Below, in pieces: positions 1-11,525 of a stretch of DNA of 64,000 bases. The first letter of the stretch is position 1; each line of letters starts with the position of its first letter. The notes below the pieces were generated by a model that saw only the letters and a program-made list of their open reading frames with translations, searched no databases and had not been told where the DNA came from. Made by a program: the position numbers and the translations under genes. Source of the DNA: Lachnospiraceae bacterium. GTDB lineage: Bacteria > Bacillota > Clostridia > Lachnospirales > Lachnospiraceae. The stretch is taken from NCBI GenBank assembly GCA_045597325.1, contig JAZLJJ010000011.1, forward strand, positions 14,426 to 78,425, in the 5' to 3' direction.

Positions 1-363
1 AGCATGAATCCCGACAGCAAGGTCACACAGGTCTATTTCACATTGCTGTTTGTATTTGCTTTTTTGTATTTGGCAATTTCGATTTATTTGTTCCCGCTGT
101 TGTCCAGACTGAATCTGACAAACAGACAGTTATATAAAATGTCGCTGGTACTGGCACTTCGGAATTTGCCGGTAACGCTGAGCCTGATCATTTTGATTGT
201 CGGTTCCGTCGTATTGACGGTACTGACATTGATTCCGATATTTTTTGCCCCGGCAGTTTACACATGGATTTCTTCGTTGATGATTGAGCGAATTTTGAAG
301 AAATACATGCCGAAGCCGGCAGAGGGAGAAGAAAGCACGGTGGATGCCTGGTATTTGGAGTAA
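1..363 (+). CDS. C-terminal part of a YesL/DUF624-like integral membrane protein (5' end probably outside the window)
   Basis: ORF 4..363 abuts the window edge. It has several hydrophobic helices and a short charged tail. Family assignment is by recall only. Confidence 0.4.
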   Translation, partial: SMNPDSKVTQVYFTLLFVFAFLYLAISIYLFPLLSRLNLTNRQLYKMSLVLALRNLPVTLSLIILIVGSVVLTVLTLIPIFFAPAVYTWISSLMIERILKKYMPKPAEGEESTVDAWYLE

Positions 364-407
364 TGTCGGGCGAAATCCGGAAAAAAGTGGAAACGGAGGA
401 GACGTGA

Positions 408-2630
408 ATGAACGATACATTGTATAAACTGATGAACTGGCCGGAAATCGAAGCGATTGTATATTCCGAGCATGACAATCCTCATCAGGTATTGGGAAGT
501 CACGAAGTGAAGAACGGAACCTTGTATACGGCATTCGATCCGAATGCGACGAAGGCCTGTCTGATACTGGGAAAAGGGAAGAAAGAAATCGAAATGGAAA
601 TGGTTGACGAGGGCGGTTTTTTCGCCGTTCTGGCACCGAAGGACAAATACCGGTTCCATTTCCTGTACGAAGGCGGTGAACGTGTATGCGAGGATGCATA
701 CCGGTTTGCACCGCAGATTACGGAGGAAGACTGTAAGTCTTTCAATGCCGGAATTCATTACACCGTATATGAGAAACTCGGCGCACATCCGATGACACTG
801 GACGGTGTGGACGGAACGTATTTCGCCGTTTGGGCACCGAATGCCATGCGTGTCAGCGTAGTCGGCGATTTCAATCATTGGGACGGACGTCTGTATCCGA
901 TGAGACGGCTTGGCGGAAGCGGTATTTTCGAACTGTTTGTTCCGCATGTCGGAGTCGGAGAACTGTATAAATTCGAATTAAAGGCAAAGGGCGGTCTGAC
1001 CTATCTGAAGGCCGATCCGTATGCCAACGCGGCAGAGCTTCGCCCGGGTACCGCATCCCGGATTGTCAATCTGAACGCATTTGACTGGAATGATAAGGAG
1101 TATCTGGAACACCGGAAGACGGTTGATTTCAAATCAAGTCCGATGTCAATTTACGAGGTTCATCTCGGCTCCTGGAAGAAACCGACGGCAGAGAACGGAA
1201 GCTTTTACAATTATCGGGAGCTGGCCGTTATGCTTGCGGAGTACGTGAAGAAAATGGGCTATACCCATGTGGAACTGATGCCGGTTATGGAGCATCCGCT
1301 CGATGCGTCCTGGGGGTATCAGGTAACCGGATATTATGCCGCAACCTCTCGGTACGGTACACCGGAAGACTTCATGTATTTTATTGATTATATGCACAAA
1401 AACGGAATCGGCGTTATCCTTGACTGGGTACCGGCGCATTTCCCGAGAGATACATTCGGCCTGTCCAATTTCGACGGAACCTGCCTGTACGAGCACTGGG
1501 ATCCGAGAAAGGGCAGCCACCCGCATTGGGGCACGCTGATTTTCAATTACGGACGTCCGGAGGTTTCCAACTTCCTGATTGCCAATGCGCTGTTTTGGCT
1601 GAAGGTATATCATGCCGACGGAATCCGTATGGATGCGGTTGCGTCCATGCTGTATCTGGATTACGGAAAAAATGACGGCGAGTGGGTTGCCAACATTTAC
1701 GGAGGCAACGAGAACCTGGAAGCAATCGAACTTCTGAAGCATTTGAATTCTATTGCCAAGAAACAGGTTCCCGGTGCACTGATGATTGCCGAGGAATCGA
1801 CCGCATGGCCGAAGATTACGGGTGATTTGAACGATGACGGCCTCGGATTTGATTTCAAATGGAACATGGGCTGGATGAACGATTTTACCACCTATATGAG
1901 ACAGGATCCGCTGTTCCGCCGCGGTTGTCACGGTTCGCTGACGTTCAGTATGATTTATGCGTACAGCGAGAACTTCATTTTGGTTCTGTCGCACGATGAG
2001 GTTGTTCACGGAAAGGGCTCCATGCTTGGGAAAATGCCCGGACTGTATGAGGAAAAATTTGCCAATCTCCGTGTTGCATACGGCTTTATGATGTGCCATC
2101 CCGGCAAGAAACTTCTGTTTATGGGACAGGATATGGCACAGCTCAGCGAATGGAACGAAGAGTGCAGCCTGGAATGGCATCTTCTGACCGATAAGGTAGA
2201 GGGAGATCCGAAGGGAACTCTGAATGCCAAGATGAATGCCATGCTGAAGGATTTGTACGGCATTTACAATACGCATCCGGCATTGTATGAACTCGACCAG
2301 GATCCGGACGGATTTGAATGGATGAGCTGTCTGGATGCCGATCACAGCATTGTAACGTTTGTTCGGAAAACCGAAAAGCCGGAAGAGACATTGTTCGTTG
2401 TCTGCAACTTTACTCCGGTTGTCTATGAGAAGCAGTCGGTCGGTGTACCGTTTGCAGGAAAATATAAAGAGATTTTCAACAGTGATTCGGTTGCTTACGG
2501 CGGAAGCGGTCATTTGAATTCCCGCCTGAAGCAGTCCCGTGAGGAAAAGGTGGACGGACGTGCGAACTCCATCCAGATTACGATTCCGCCGCTCGGATGT
2601 GCGATTTTTACATGTACACCGATTCTCTGA
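408..2630 (+). CDS. glgB: 1,4-alpha-glucan branching enzyme (GH13)
   Basis: 740 aa. GH13 motifs DWVPAHF, GIRMDAVASMLY, MIAEEST and LSHDEVVHGK. GGAGGAG RBS upstream of the ATG. Confidence 0.95.
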   Translation: MNDTLYKLMNWPEIEAIVYSEHDNPHQVLGSHEVKNGTLYTAFDPNATKACLILGKGKKEIEMEMVDEGGFFAVLAPKDKYRFHFLYEGGERVCEDAYRFAPQITEEDCKSFNAGIHYTVYEKLGAHPMTLDGVDGTYFAVWAPNAMRVSVVGDFNHWDGRLYPMRRLGGSGIFELFVPHVGVGELYKFELKAKGGLTYLKADPYANAAELRPGTASRIVNLNAFDWNDKEYLEHRKTVDFKSSPMSIYEVHLGSWKKPTAENGSFYNYRELAVMLAEYVKKMGYTHVELMPVMEHPLDASWGYQVTGYYAATSRYGTPEDFMYFIDYMHKNGIGVILDWVPAHFPRDTFGLSNFDGTCLYEHWDPRKGSHPHWGTLIFNYGRPEVSNFLIANALFWLKVYHADGIRMDAVASMLYLDYGKNDGEWVANIYGGNENLEAIELLKHLNSIAKKQVPGALMIAEESTAWPKITGDLNDDGLGFDFKWNMGWMNDFTTYMRQDPLFRRGCHGSLTFSMIYAYSENFILVLSHDEVVHGKGSMLGKMPGLYEEKFANLRVAYGFMMCHPGKKLLFMGQDMAQLSEWNEECSLEWHLLTDKVEGDPKGTLNAKMNAMLKDLYGIYNTHPALYELDQDPDGFEWMSCLDADHSIVTFVRKTEKPEETLFVVCNFTPVVYEKQSVGVPFAGKYKEIFNSDSVAYGGSGHLNSRLKQSREEKVDGRANSIQITIPPLGCAIFTCTPIL

Positions 2631-2674
2631 TATCAATTGGATGAATTTGTTGAGACGATTCGGAAAGGAGACTT

Positions 2675-3574
2675 ATGAAAGAGTTTTTTAATGCGTTGTT
2701 TCAAGGTGAATTTGTCGATGCATTGAGCAGTTTTGCACCGCTTGTTGTGAAACTGGTGATTGTTCTGCTGCTGGCATGGATCGGCAGCAAACTGATTAAA
2801 TGGGTTCTCAGTCTGCTTGACAAAGCTTTGAATAAGAGCATCGAAAAGGGCATGGACAAGGGAATTGCAAAGTTCTTTAAGTCCAGCTGCAAGGTGCTTC
2901 TGTATATCGTTCTGTTTTTGATTGTTGTGGATCAGCTCGGAGTTCCGATGACATCGTTTGTTACGATTCTGGGTTCTGTCGGTCTTGCTGTCGGCCTTGC
3001 ATTACAGGGCAGCCTGTCCAATTTTGCCGGCGGTGTTCTGATTCTGCTGACACATCCGTTCCGGATCGGCGATTATATTGTTGCCGGCGGACAGGAAGGA
3101 ACCGTTACGGACATCAGCATCTGCTATACCAAACTGCTGACGGTTGACAATCGGACGGTGGTATTCCCGAATGGGACTCTTTCCAATTCCAATCTGGTAA
3201 ATGTGACCGCGGAGCCGTTCCGAAGAATTGATTTGGAAATCCCGGTATCGTACGACGATGACATTCGCGAGGTTCGTTCCATGCTCTTAGAGCTGTGCGA
3301 CCGCGATGCGAGAATTCTGAATGACGGCACAAATGTGAACGGAACGGTGTCTCCGACCGAGAGCCCGGCACCGAAGTTTGTTCGGGAAGTTTATGTCAAA
3401 GATTTCGGAGACAGTTCGATTACGATACTGTACCGTTTCTGGGTACGTCGGGAAGATTACTGGGGTGCCTATTTCGATATGATGGAATCTGTTCGGTATG
3501 CCATGAAGGAACGCGGTTTTACAATCCCGTTCAATCAGTTGGATGTTTCCATCAAAAATGATAAGCGGAACTGA
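2675..3574 (+). CDS. MscS-family mechanosensitive channel
   Basis: 299 aa. Three N-terminal TM helices, then the MscS beta-domain signature PFRIGDYI...GTVTDISICYTKLLTVDNRTVVFPNGTLSNSNLVN. Good RBS. Confidence 0.85.
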   Translation: MKEFFNALFQGEFVDALSSFAPLVVKLVIVLLLAWIGSKLIKWVLSLLDKALNKSIEKGMDKGIAKFFKSSCKVLLYIVLFLIVVDQLGVPMTSFVTILGSVGLAVGLALQGSLSNFAGGVLILLTHPFRIGDYIVAGGQEGTVTDISICYTKLLTVDNRTVVFPNGTLSNSNLVNVTAEPFRRIDLEIPVSYDDDIREVRSMLLELCDRDARILNDGTNVNGTVSPTESPAPKFVREVYVKDFGDSSITILYRFWVRREDYWGAYFDMMESVRYAMKERGFTIPFNQLDVSIKNDKRN

Positions 3575-3585
3575 TCTGAATTTGT

Positions 3586-3620
3586 AAAGGGTCATGCTGC
3601 AAATGTGGCGATGACCTTTT
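3586..3620 (+). terminator. rho-independent terminator after the mscS-like gene
   Basis: Hairpin AAAGGGTCAT...ATGACCTTTT followed by T-rich sequence. Confidence 0.6.
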
Positions 3621-3644
3621 ATCACTTTTTGCGAGGTATGGAAT

Positions 3645-5753
3645 ATGGCTGAAAAATTGACCGAGATTTTCGGAAAGGACGTATTTAACGAAACGGTTAT
3701 GGCAGAACGTCTTCCGAAGGAAACCTTTGAGGCATGGAAACATGCCATGAACAATCATGAAACACTCAGCAAGGAAGTTGCACAGGTGATTGCGGGATGC
3801 ATGAAGGACTGGGCTCTGGAACACGGAGCAACACACTATACGCACTGGTTCCAGCCGATGACCGGAATTACAGCCGAGAAGCATGATTCCTTTATTACTC
3901 CGGCACCGGCCGGTAAGGTAATGATGGAATTTTCCTATAAGGAGCTGATTAAGGGTGAGTCGGATGCATCTTCATTTCCGAGCGGCGGTCTGCGTGCCAC
4001 ATTTGAAGCACGCGGCTATACCGCATGGGATTTTACGTCGCCGGCCTTTTTGAGAGAGGATGCTGCGGGTGTTACCCTGTGCATTCCGACCGCATTTTGT
4101 TCCTATACGGGAGAAGCACTCGACATGAAAACACCGCTTCTTCGTTCTATGGAGGCGGTCAGCAAGCAGGCAGTCCGGATTCTTCACCTCTTCGGACACG
4201 ATGATGTGAAGCGCGTTGACTGTTCGGTCGGAGCCGAGCAGGAGTATTTCCTTGTGGATCATAACTCCTATATGAAACGGGAGGATTTGATTTTTACCGG
4301 ACGGACGCTGTTCGGTGCGAAACCGCCGAAGGGACAGGAAATGGATGACCACTATTTCGGAAGTCTGAAAGAGCGTGTTGCGTCCTTCATGAAAGAATTG
4401 AACAATGAGCTTTGGAAGCTGGGCATTTATGCCAAAACACAGCACAACGAAGCGGCACCGGCACAGCATGAGCTGGCACCGGTATATACAACGGCAAACA
4501 TTTCCACAGATCATAATCAGCTGATTATGGAGTGCATGAAGAAGGTTGCCAAGCGTCACGGGCTGGAATGCCTGCTGCACGAGAAGCCGTTTGCCGGAGT
4601 GAACGGTTCCGGTAAGCATAACAACTGGTCACTCGTGACCGATACCGGCAAGAATCTGCTGAATCCCGGTAAGACACCGAATGAAAATGTGCAGTTCCTG
4701 CTGTTCCTGACAGCGGTTTTGGAAGCTGTTGACAACCATGCCGATCTGCTTCGCATTGCCGCGGCCAACCCCGGAAACGATCAGCGTCTCGGAGCAAATG
4801 AGGCACCGCCCGCGATTATTTCCGTATTCCTCGGTGCACAGCTGGACGACGTGGTTACTCAGCTGATTGAAACCGGTGAAGCAAAACGTCTGAAAAAGGA
4901 AGGCCGCCTGTATACGGGCGTTTCCACGTTGCCCTCCATCGGACGGGATGCGACCGACAGAAACCGTACGTCGCCGTTTGCATTTACCGGAAACAAGTTC
5001 GAGTTCCGTTCCGTCGGTTCCTCGATGTCCATTGCCGATGCCAATACGACGCTCAATACGATTGTTGCCGAGGCACTGGAGCGGTTTGCCGATATTCTGG
5101 AACAGGCGGATGATTTTGAACAGTGCGTACATGACCTGATTAAGTCGTCCCTTGCGGACCACGAGAGAATCATTTTCAACGGAAACGGATATTCCGAAGA
5201 ATGGGTGAAGGAAGCGGAGCGCAGAGGCCTGCCGAACCTTCGTTCCATGGTGGATGCCATCCCGTCGCTTGTGACTCCGAAGGCAGTGGAAACTTTCGGT
5301 CATCAGGGAGTATTTACCGAGACCGAACTGATGAGCCGTGCGGAAATCGATTATGAAATTTACGCAAAGGCAATCAATATTGAAGCCAGAACCATGATTT
5401 CCATGGCAAGCTGCAAATATATTCCGTCCGTGATTCGGTTTACGACACGGCTGGCGGAATCGATTAATGCAATCAACGATGCGGTTCCGGAGGCGGATAA
5501 CAGTGTTCAGATTGAGCTTCTGATGTCCACATCCAAACTGCTGCGTGAGGCACAGGATGCGTTGAACCGGTTGAAATCACTGGACGAAGAAGCCGTTAAC
5601 AAGTCTCAGGGCAAGGAAATGGCGTTGTTCTTCCGCAATGAGATTGTACCGGCGATGGAAGCGTTGAGAACTCCGATTGACCGTTTGGAAATGCTGGTTG
5701 ACCGCGATTTGTGGCCGGTTCCGACGTATTCGGAATTGTTATTTGAAATCTGA
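3645..5753 (+). CDS. glnN: type III glutamine synthetase
   Basis: 702 aa, the GSIII size class. Motifs GVNGSGKHNNWS and NKFEFRSVGSS. GAGG RBS 7 nt upstream. Confidence 0.9.
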   Translation: MAEKLTEIFGKDVFNETVMAERLPKETFEAWKHAMNNHETLSKEVAQVIAGCMKDWALEHGATHYTHWFQPMTGITAEKHDSFITPAPAGKVMMEFSYKELIKGESDASSFPSGGLRATFEARGYTAWDFTSPAFLREDAAGVTLCIPTAFCSYTGEALDMKTPLLRSMEAVSKQAVRILHLFGHDDVKRVDCSVGAEQEYFLVDHNSYMKREDLIFTGRTLFGAKPPKGQEMDDHYFGSLKERVASFMKELNNELWKLGIYAKTQHNEAAPAQHELAPVYTTANISTDHNQLIMECMKKVAKRHGLECLLHEKPFAGVNGSGKHNNWSLVTDTGKNLLNPGKTPNENVQFLLFLTAVLEAVDNHADLLRIAAANPGNDQRLGANEAPPAIISVFLGAQLDDVVTQLIETGEAKRLKKEGRLYTGVSTLPSIGRDATDRNRTSPFAFTGNKFEFRSVGSSMSIADANTTLNTIVAEALERFADILEQADDFEQCVHDLIKSSLADHERIIFNGNGYSEEWVKEAERRGLPNLRSMVDAIPSLVTPKAVETFGHQGVFTETELMSRAEIDYEIYAKAINIEARTMISMASCKYIPSVIRFTTRLAESINAINDAVPEADNSVQIELLMSTSKLLREAQDALNRLKSLDEEAVNKSQGKEMALFFRNEIVPAMEALRTPIDRLEMLVDRDLWPVPTYSELLFEI

Positions 5754-5831
5754 TCGGGCATTTGCCCCGAAGAACCGTCGCCCGCAGCGGCGATACAGAA
5801 ATGACGGAATGATACAGAATGGAGAACAGAC

Positions 5832-7466
<1,635 letters not shown>

Positions 7467-7500
7467 TTTCACGGCGGCGTGAATCGGTAGAACTGTTGGG

Positions 7501-9549
7501 GTGGTTGATTTGAAATTTATCACAAAGAAGCTGAAGGCAGAAGGAAAATCGGGAAATCCGACGGAACTCGGCGCAACGGTCAACGGGGCGTCGGTGAATT
7601 TTGCGGTGTCCGTACCGGGAGCTTCCGAGGTTATCCTTCATTTATATAAGGCAGGAGAGGCAGATCCGGTAATTTCCGTGAGTCTCGGAGAGGACGAGAG
7701 AACCGGCTCGGTCTATGCCGTCAATCTGCGAACGGAGTCGGAAGACCTCTGTACGTTAGAGTACGATTATGAAACCAAAGGGGAACATTTTAACGATCCG
7801 TACACGCGTCTTTTGCGCGGCAGGGACCGCTACGGACATCGCCCGACGGCATCCGAGGTACCCTTTGTGAGAAGTGCGATTCGTGCCAACCGGTTTCGTT
7901 GGAACGAGGAATGCCGTCCGAAGAGCGAAATGAGTAATCTGCTGTTATATAAGCTGCATGTCCGCGGATTTACCAAGGAAAGCGGAAGCCGGGCAGCCGG
8001 TACGTATCTCGGTGTGGCCGGGAAAGCCGGATATCTGAAAACGCTCGGAATCAATGCGGTTTTGCTCATGCCGGTGACGGAATACAACGAATGTTTCCGT
8101 GACGGGGATCGTCCGGAGGGAATTCCGGATTTTCGTACCTCGTCCTTTTATCGGGAAAATCCGCTTGCCACGGCGTCGGTAAAAGCGGCTGCCGCAGCGT
8201 CGGTAAAAACGTCTGCTCCGGCGGTAAAGACGGCTGCGCAGGATACGGAGAAACCGGAAGAAGCGGGGCCGGTGAATTTCTGGGGATATTCCGGACAGTA
8301 TTTTCTGTTTGCTCCGAAGGCTTCCTATGCCGCAGACCCGGCACAGGCCGATAACGAGTTCCGCGGAATGGTGAAGAAACTTCATCAGAACGGAATCGAA
8401 GTATTGATGGAAATGATGATTCCCGAACATACAAATCGCAGCATGGTACTGGACGCACTCCGGTTCTGGGTGCGTGAATATCATGTCGACGGGTTCCGCA
8501 TAAACGGAAACATCGATGCGGAAATGCTTGCCTGCGATCCGTATCTGTACAATGTCAAACTGCTTGGCTCCGACTGGAATATCGAACGGATTTCGAGTGT
8601 TCAGCCGATGCCTGAATCGCCTCATTTGGCGGTTTACAACGACCGGTATTCCGAGCTGACAAGAAAATTTATAAAGGGTGATGAAGGTGTGGCAGAGAGC
8701 TTTGCCGACATTTTCCTTCGAAATACCGCAGGCTGCGGCAACATCCGCTACATTACGGACCATAACGGGTTTACCCTGAACGACCTGTACATGTATGATG
8801 TAAAGCACAACGAGGCAAACGGTGAGCAGGGTCGGGACGGTACCGATTACAATTTCAGCTGGAATTGCGGTGTGGAAGGTCCGGACAAGCATAAGAAGAT
8901 ACGCGATTTGCGAATGAAAATGAAGAAAAATGCCATTTGCGCCATGATGCTTTCGCAGGGAACACCGATGATTCTGGCGGGCGACGAATTCGGAAATTCG
9001 CAGAACGGAAATAACAACGCATACAATCAGGACAACCCGACCGGCTGGGTAAACTGGTCGGAACAGAGGAAAAATACGGAGTTACAGTCATTTTTCCGGG
9101 AAATGATTGCCCTGAGAAAGGCCCATCCCGTGTTCCATAATCCGCTTCCGCTGCAGTGGAAAGATTCGCTGTACAAAGGAATTCCGGATGTTTCCGTACA
9201 CGGAAAAGAAGTCTGGAAAATGGATCACAGCCCGTACAACCGCAGCATCGGCATTCTGCTGAACGGCGAGTATGTGCGCAAAGACGATAAACAGCCGGAC
9301 GATTCGTTCTATCTGATGTTCAATATGTATTGGGAAGAGCAGAGCTTTGCGGTTCCGATTTTGTCGGGACATCGATGGGTTCGCGTGATGACAACCGATA
9401 CTTCCTGTGCGGAGGAACCGGTCGAAAACCGAATGAATATTCCGCCGCGAAGCATCGTCCTTCTGCAAAGTGTTGCAGAGAAAAAAAGTCCGGAACGGCG
9501 TACCAAACAGCCGAAAAGAACGGAGCATACTACAACAGTAGAAAGGTAA
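7501..9549 (+). CDS. GH13 glycogen debranching enzyme / isoamylase-type (GlgX-like)
   Basis: 682 aa. Motifs DHNGFTLNDLYMYDVKHNEANGE and ILAGDEFGNSQNGNNNAYNQDN are typical of GlgX/isoamylases. Start codon uncertain (GTG 7501 or TTG 7510). Confidence 0.8.
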   Translation: MVDLKFITKKLKAEGKSGNPTELGATVNGASVNFAVSVPGASEVILHLYKAGEADPVISVSLGEDERTGSVYAVNLRTESEDLCTLEYDYETKGEHFNDPYTRLLRGRDRYGHRPTASEVPFVRSAIRANRFRWNEECRPKSEMSNLLLYKLHVRGFTKESGSRAAGTYLGVAGKAGYLKTLGINAVLLMPVTEYNECFRDGDRPEGIPDFRTSSFYRENPLATASVKAAAAASVKTSAPAVKTAAQDTEKPEEAGPVNFWGYSGQYFLFAPKASYAADPAQADNEFRGMVKKLHQNGIEVLMEMMIPEHTNRSMVLDALRFWVREYHVDGFRINGNIDAEMLACDPYLYNVKLLGSDWNIERISSVQPMPESPHLAVYNDRYSELTRKFIKGDEGVAESFADIFLRNTAGCGNIRYITDHNGFTLNDLYMYDVKHNEANGEQGRDGTDYNFSWNCGVEGPDKHKKIRDLRMKMKKNAICAMMLSQGTPMILAGDEFGNSQNGNNNAYNQDNPTGWVNWSEQRKNTELQSFFREMIALRKAHPVFHNPLPLQWKDSLYKGIPDVSVHGKEVWKMDHSPYNRSIGILLNGEYVRKDDKQPDDSFYLMFNMYWEEQSFAVPILSGHRWVRVMTTDTSCAEEPVENRMNIPPRSIVLLQSVAEKKSPERRTKQPKRTEHTTTVER

Positions 9550-9556
9550 TAACAGA

Positions 9557-10405
9557 GTGAATAGCTTAGTTTTGAAAATTATTTTGGCGGTCACCATGAC
9601 CCTGGACCATTATGCCCTCATTTTCCTGGAATCCGATCAGGTTCTGTACACGGTTTTCCGGTCTGCGGGTCGTATGGCATTACCGATTGCCTGCTGTCTT
9701 TTGGTGGTCGGATATCAGCGGACAAAGTCACGGAAGAAGTATGTTATCCGGTTGGGTGTTACGGCACTGATTTCCGAAGTGTTCTGGCTGTACCTGTATG
9801 TAAAACGGCAGGAAGTATGCCTCCGGGCAATTCAGGACGCTTACGATGCATCCGGTTCCGCACTGAAAATGGAAGACTGGTATCAGGGGCTGGGTCCTGA
9901 AACGATGATGTCCTATTGGAACGGAATGATTCCGATGTTCAATGTGATGTTTACGTTGCTCACATGTGTCTTGATGATGAAGTTATTTGATCTGATCAAG
10001 GCCAAGGTCGGTCCGATGCAGGTAAAGAAACCGCTCCATAATTTTGCATGCATGATGTTCTACGGATTGGCAATTTTTGCGGTTATTATCGTTCTCGTGC
10101 TTCTGAAAGCGGATTACAGCCTGATGGCACCGCTGCTGGTTGCAAATTTCTATTTCTTCTTCGACGAGAAACCGACGATGATACTGGTTATGGTGTTTAT
10201 CATTGTATTCCAGGCGCTGGAGTCTCCCTGGATGATGATTGGTATGGCGGTTTCGGTACTCCTTGTTTGGAAGTATAACGGAAAACAGGGATATGAGAAG
10301 AAACCTTGGGTAAAATGGATTTTCTACGCATATTATCCGATTCATTTGTCCGTTCTGGTATGGATTCGGTATTTTGATGAACTGTGTCAGATTTATTTTA
10401 AATAG
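9557..10405 (+). CDS. TraX-family membrane protein
   Basis: 282 aa, polytopic. The N-terminus LKIILAVTMTLDHYALIF...GRMALPIACCLLVVGY matches the TraX signature (recall). GTG start. Confidence 0.7.
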   Translation: MNSLVLKIILAVTMTLDHYALIFLESDQVLYTVFRSAGRMALPIACCLLVVGYQRTKSRKKYVIRLGVTALISEVFWLYLYVKRQEVCLRAIQDAYDASGSALKMEDWYQGLGPETMMSYWNGMIPMFNVMFTLLTCVLMMKLFDLIKAKVGPMQVKKPLHNFACMMFYGLAIFAVIIVLVLLKADYSLMAPLLVANFYFFFDEKPTMILVMVFIIVFQALESPWMMIGMAVSVLLVWKYNGKQGYEKKPWVKWIFYAYYPIHLSVLVWIRYFDELCQIYFK

Positions 10406-10456
10406 GCATTGAAAACACCGAGGCCCGGGAAGGGCTTTGCGTGGGAGGACAAACAA

Positions 10457-11380
10457 ATGACAGCGTTATATCTCGCACCGATGGAGGAGGTTACAGGATA
10501 TCTGTTCCGTCGGGTGCTGTGGGAGCAATTCGGAGGGGTGAATCGGTTTTTCACCCCTTTTTTATCCCCGATTCAGGGCAGTACGTTTAAGACCCGTCAG
10601 GGCAAGGAAATCAATCCGGAAAATAATGCCGGAATGCCGGTGGTGCCGCAAATTCTGACCAACGATGCGGCGGGATTTCTGCATATGACCGAGCTGATGG
10701 CCGATTTGGGGTACCGGGAAGTGAATCTGAATCTCGGCTGCCCGTCCGGAACCGTCGTTCGAAAGGGGCGCGGCAGCGGATTTCTGCGGAATCCGGAGGG
10801 GCTTGAGCGGTTCTTCTCGGATGTCTTTTCCGGGAATCCGAAGCTTCCGATTTCCGTCAAAACAAGACTGGGCTTTTCGGATGCAGCGGAATGGCCGGCC
10901 CTTTTGGACATTTATAACCGGTATCCGATCAGCGAGCTGATTGTTCATGCACGGGTGCAGAAGGATTTGTACGGAAATGTGCCCAATTGGAAAATGACGG
11001 ACTACACCGTCAGGAATTCCAAGGCTCCGGTCTGCTATAACGGCGATGTCTGCACGAAGGAGGATTATGACCGTGTCGCAGAATCATTTCCGGACTTGAA
11101 GGCGGTAATGATCGGTCGCGGTGCGGTTGCCAATCCGGGAATTTTTCGCGAACTGACCGACGGCCGGGCGATGACGGTGGCAGAACAGCGGGAATTTCAC
11201 GACCGCCTGTACGAGGCCTATGTGAGAGAACTCGGTGCCCACAACACGTTATTTAAAATGAAGGAACTTTGGGGATTTATGGGCAGCCGGTTTCCGGAAG
11301 CGGACCGGGAGCGAAAAGAAATCCGCAAAGCGGAGACAACGGAAGCTTATTTGGCAGCGGCATACCGGCTGTTACGGTGA
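10457..11380 (+). CDS. tRNA-dihydrouridine synthase family protein
   Basis: Dus motifs LAPMEEVTG, NLNLGCPSGTVVRKGRGSGFL and VHARV. ATG 10457 chosen because GGGAGG lies 8 nt upstream (the ORF is open from 10409). Confidence 0.85.
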   Translation: MTALYLAPMEEVTGYLFRRVLWEQFGGVNRFFTPFLSPIQGSTFKTRQGKEINPENNAGMPVVPQILTNDAAGFLHMTELMADLGYREVNLNLGCPSGTVVRKGRGSGFLRNPEGLERFFSDVFSGNPKLPISVKTRLGFSDAAEWPALLDIYNRYPISELIVHARVQKDLYGNVPNWKMTDYTVRNSKAPVCYNGDVCTKEDYDRVAESFPDLKAVMIGRGAVANPGIFRELTDGRAMTVAEQREFHDRLYEAYVRELGAHNTLFKMKELWGFMGSRFPEADRERKEIRKAETTEAYLAAAYRLLR

Positions 11381-11385
11381 AATTA

Positions 11386-11412
11386 TTAGCACTCAGACTA
11401 AATGAGTGCTAA
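11386..11412 (+). promoter_or_regulatory. CIRCE operator (HrcA binding site), perfect inverted repeat
   Basis: TTAGCACTC-AGACTAAAT-GAGTGCTAA is an exact match to the CIRCE consensus TTAGCACTC-N9-GAGTGCTAA. It is followed by TTTTT, so it can also form a terminator-like hairpin after dus. Confidence 0.85.
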
Positions 11413-11418
11413 TTTTTG

Positions 11419-11447
11419 TTGACAAAGAGAAAGTACGGGGGTATACT
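11419..11447 (+). promoter_or_regulatory. sigma-A type promoter of htpG
   Basis: TTGACA (11419-11424), 17-nt spacer, TATACT (11442-11447). It lies about 80 nt upstream of the htpG ATG. Confidence 0.65.
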
Positions 11448-11525
11448 GTCTCTTGTGCCGGATTTGACAGACGGCCGAAAGAAACAGATTGCACGGTGCA
11501 GGGCACCGAAACGGAGGTAGTTACT

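Noticed and set aside
1146-2636. Long antisense ORFs opposite well-supported genes. Examples: 1146..2636(-), 5739..7583(-), 7945..8892(-), 24452..26032(-), 27197..28603(-), 29584..30699(-), 32284..33723(-), 52324..53355(-), 56578..58725(-), 61562..62899(-), 44481..45683(+), 55037..56206(+).
   Set aside because: Each lies entirely opposite a CDS with clear family motifs. Their translations are low-complexity or Arg/Cys/His-rich with no recognisable domains or RBS. They are typical shadow ORFs of moderately GC-rich coding DNA.
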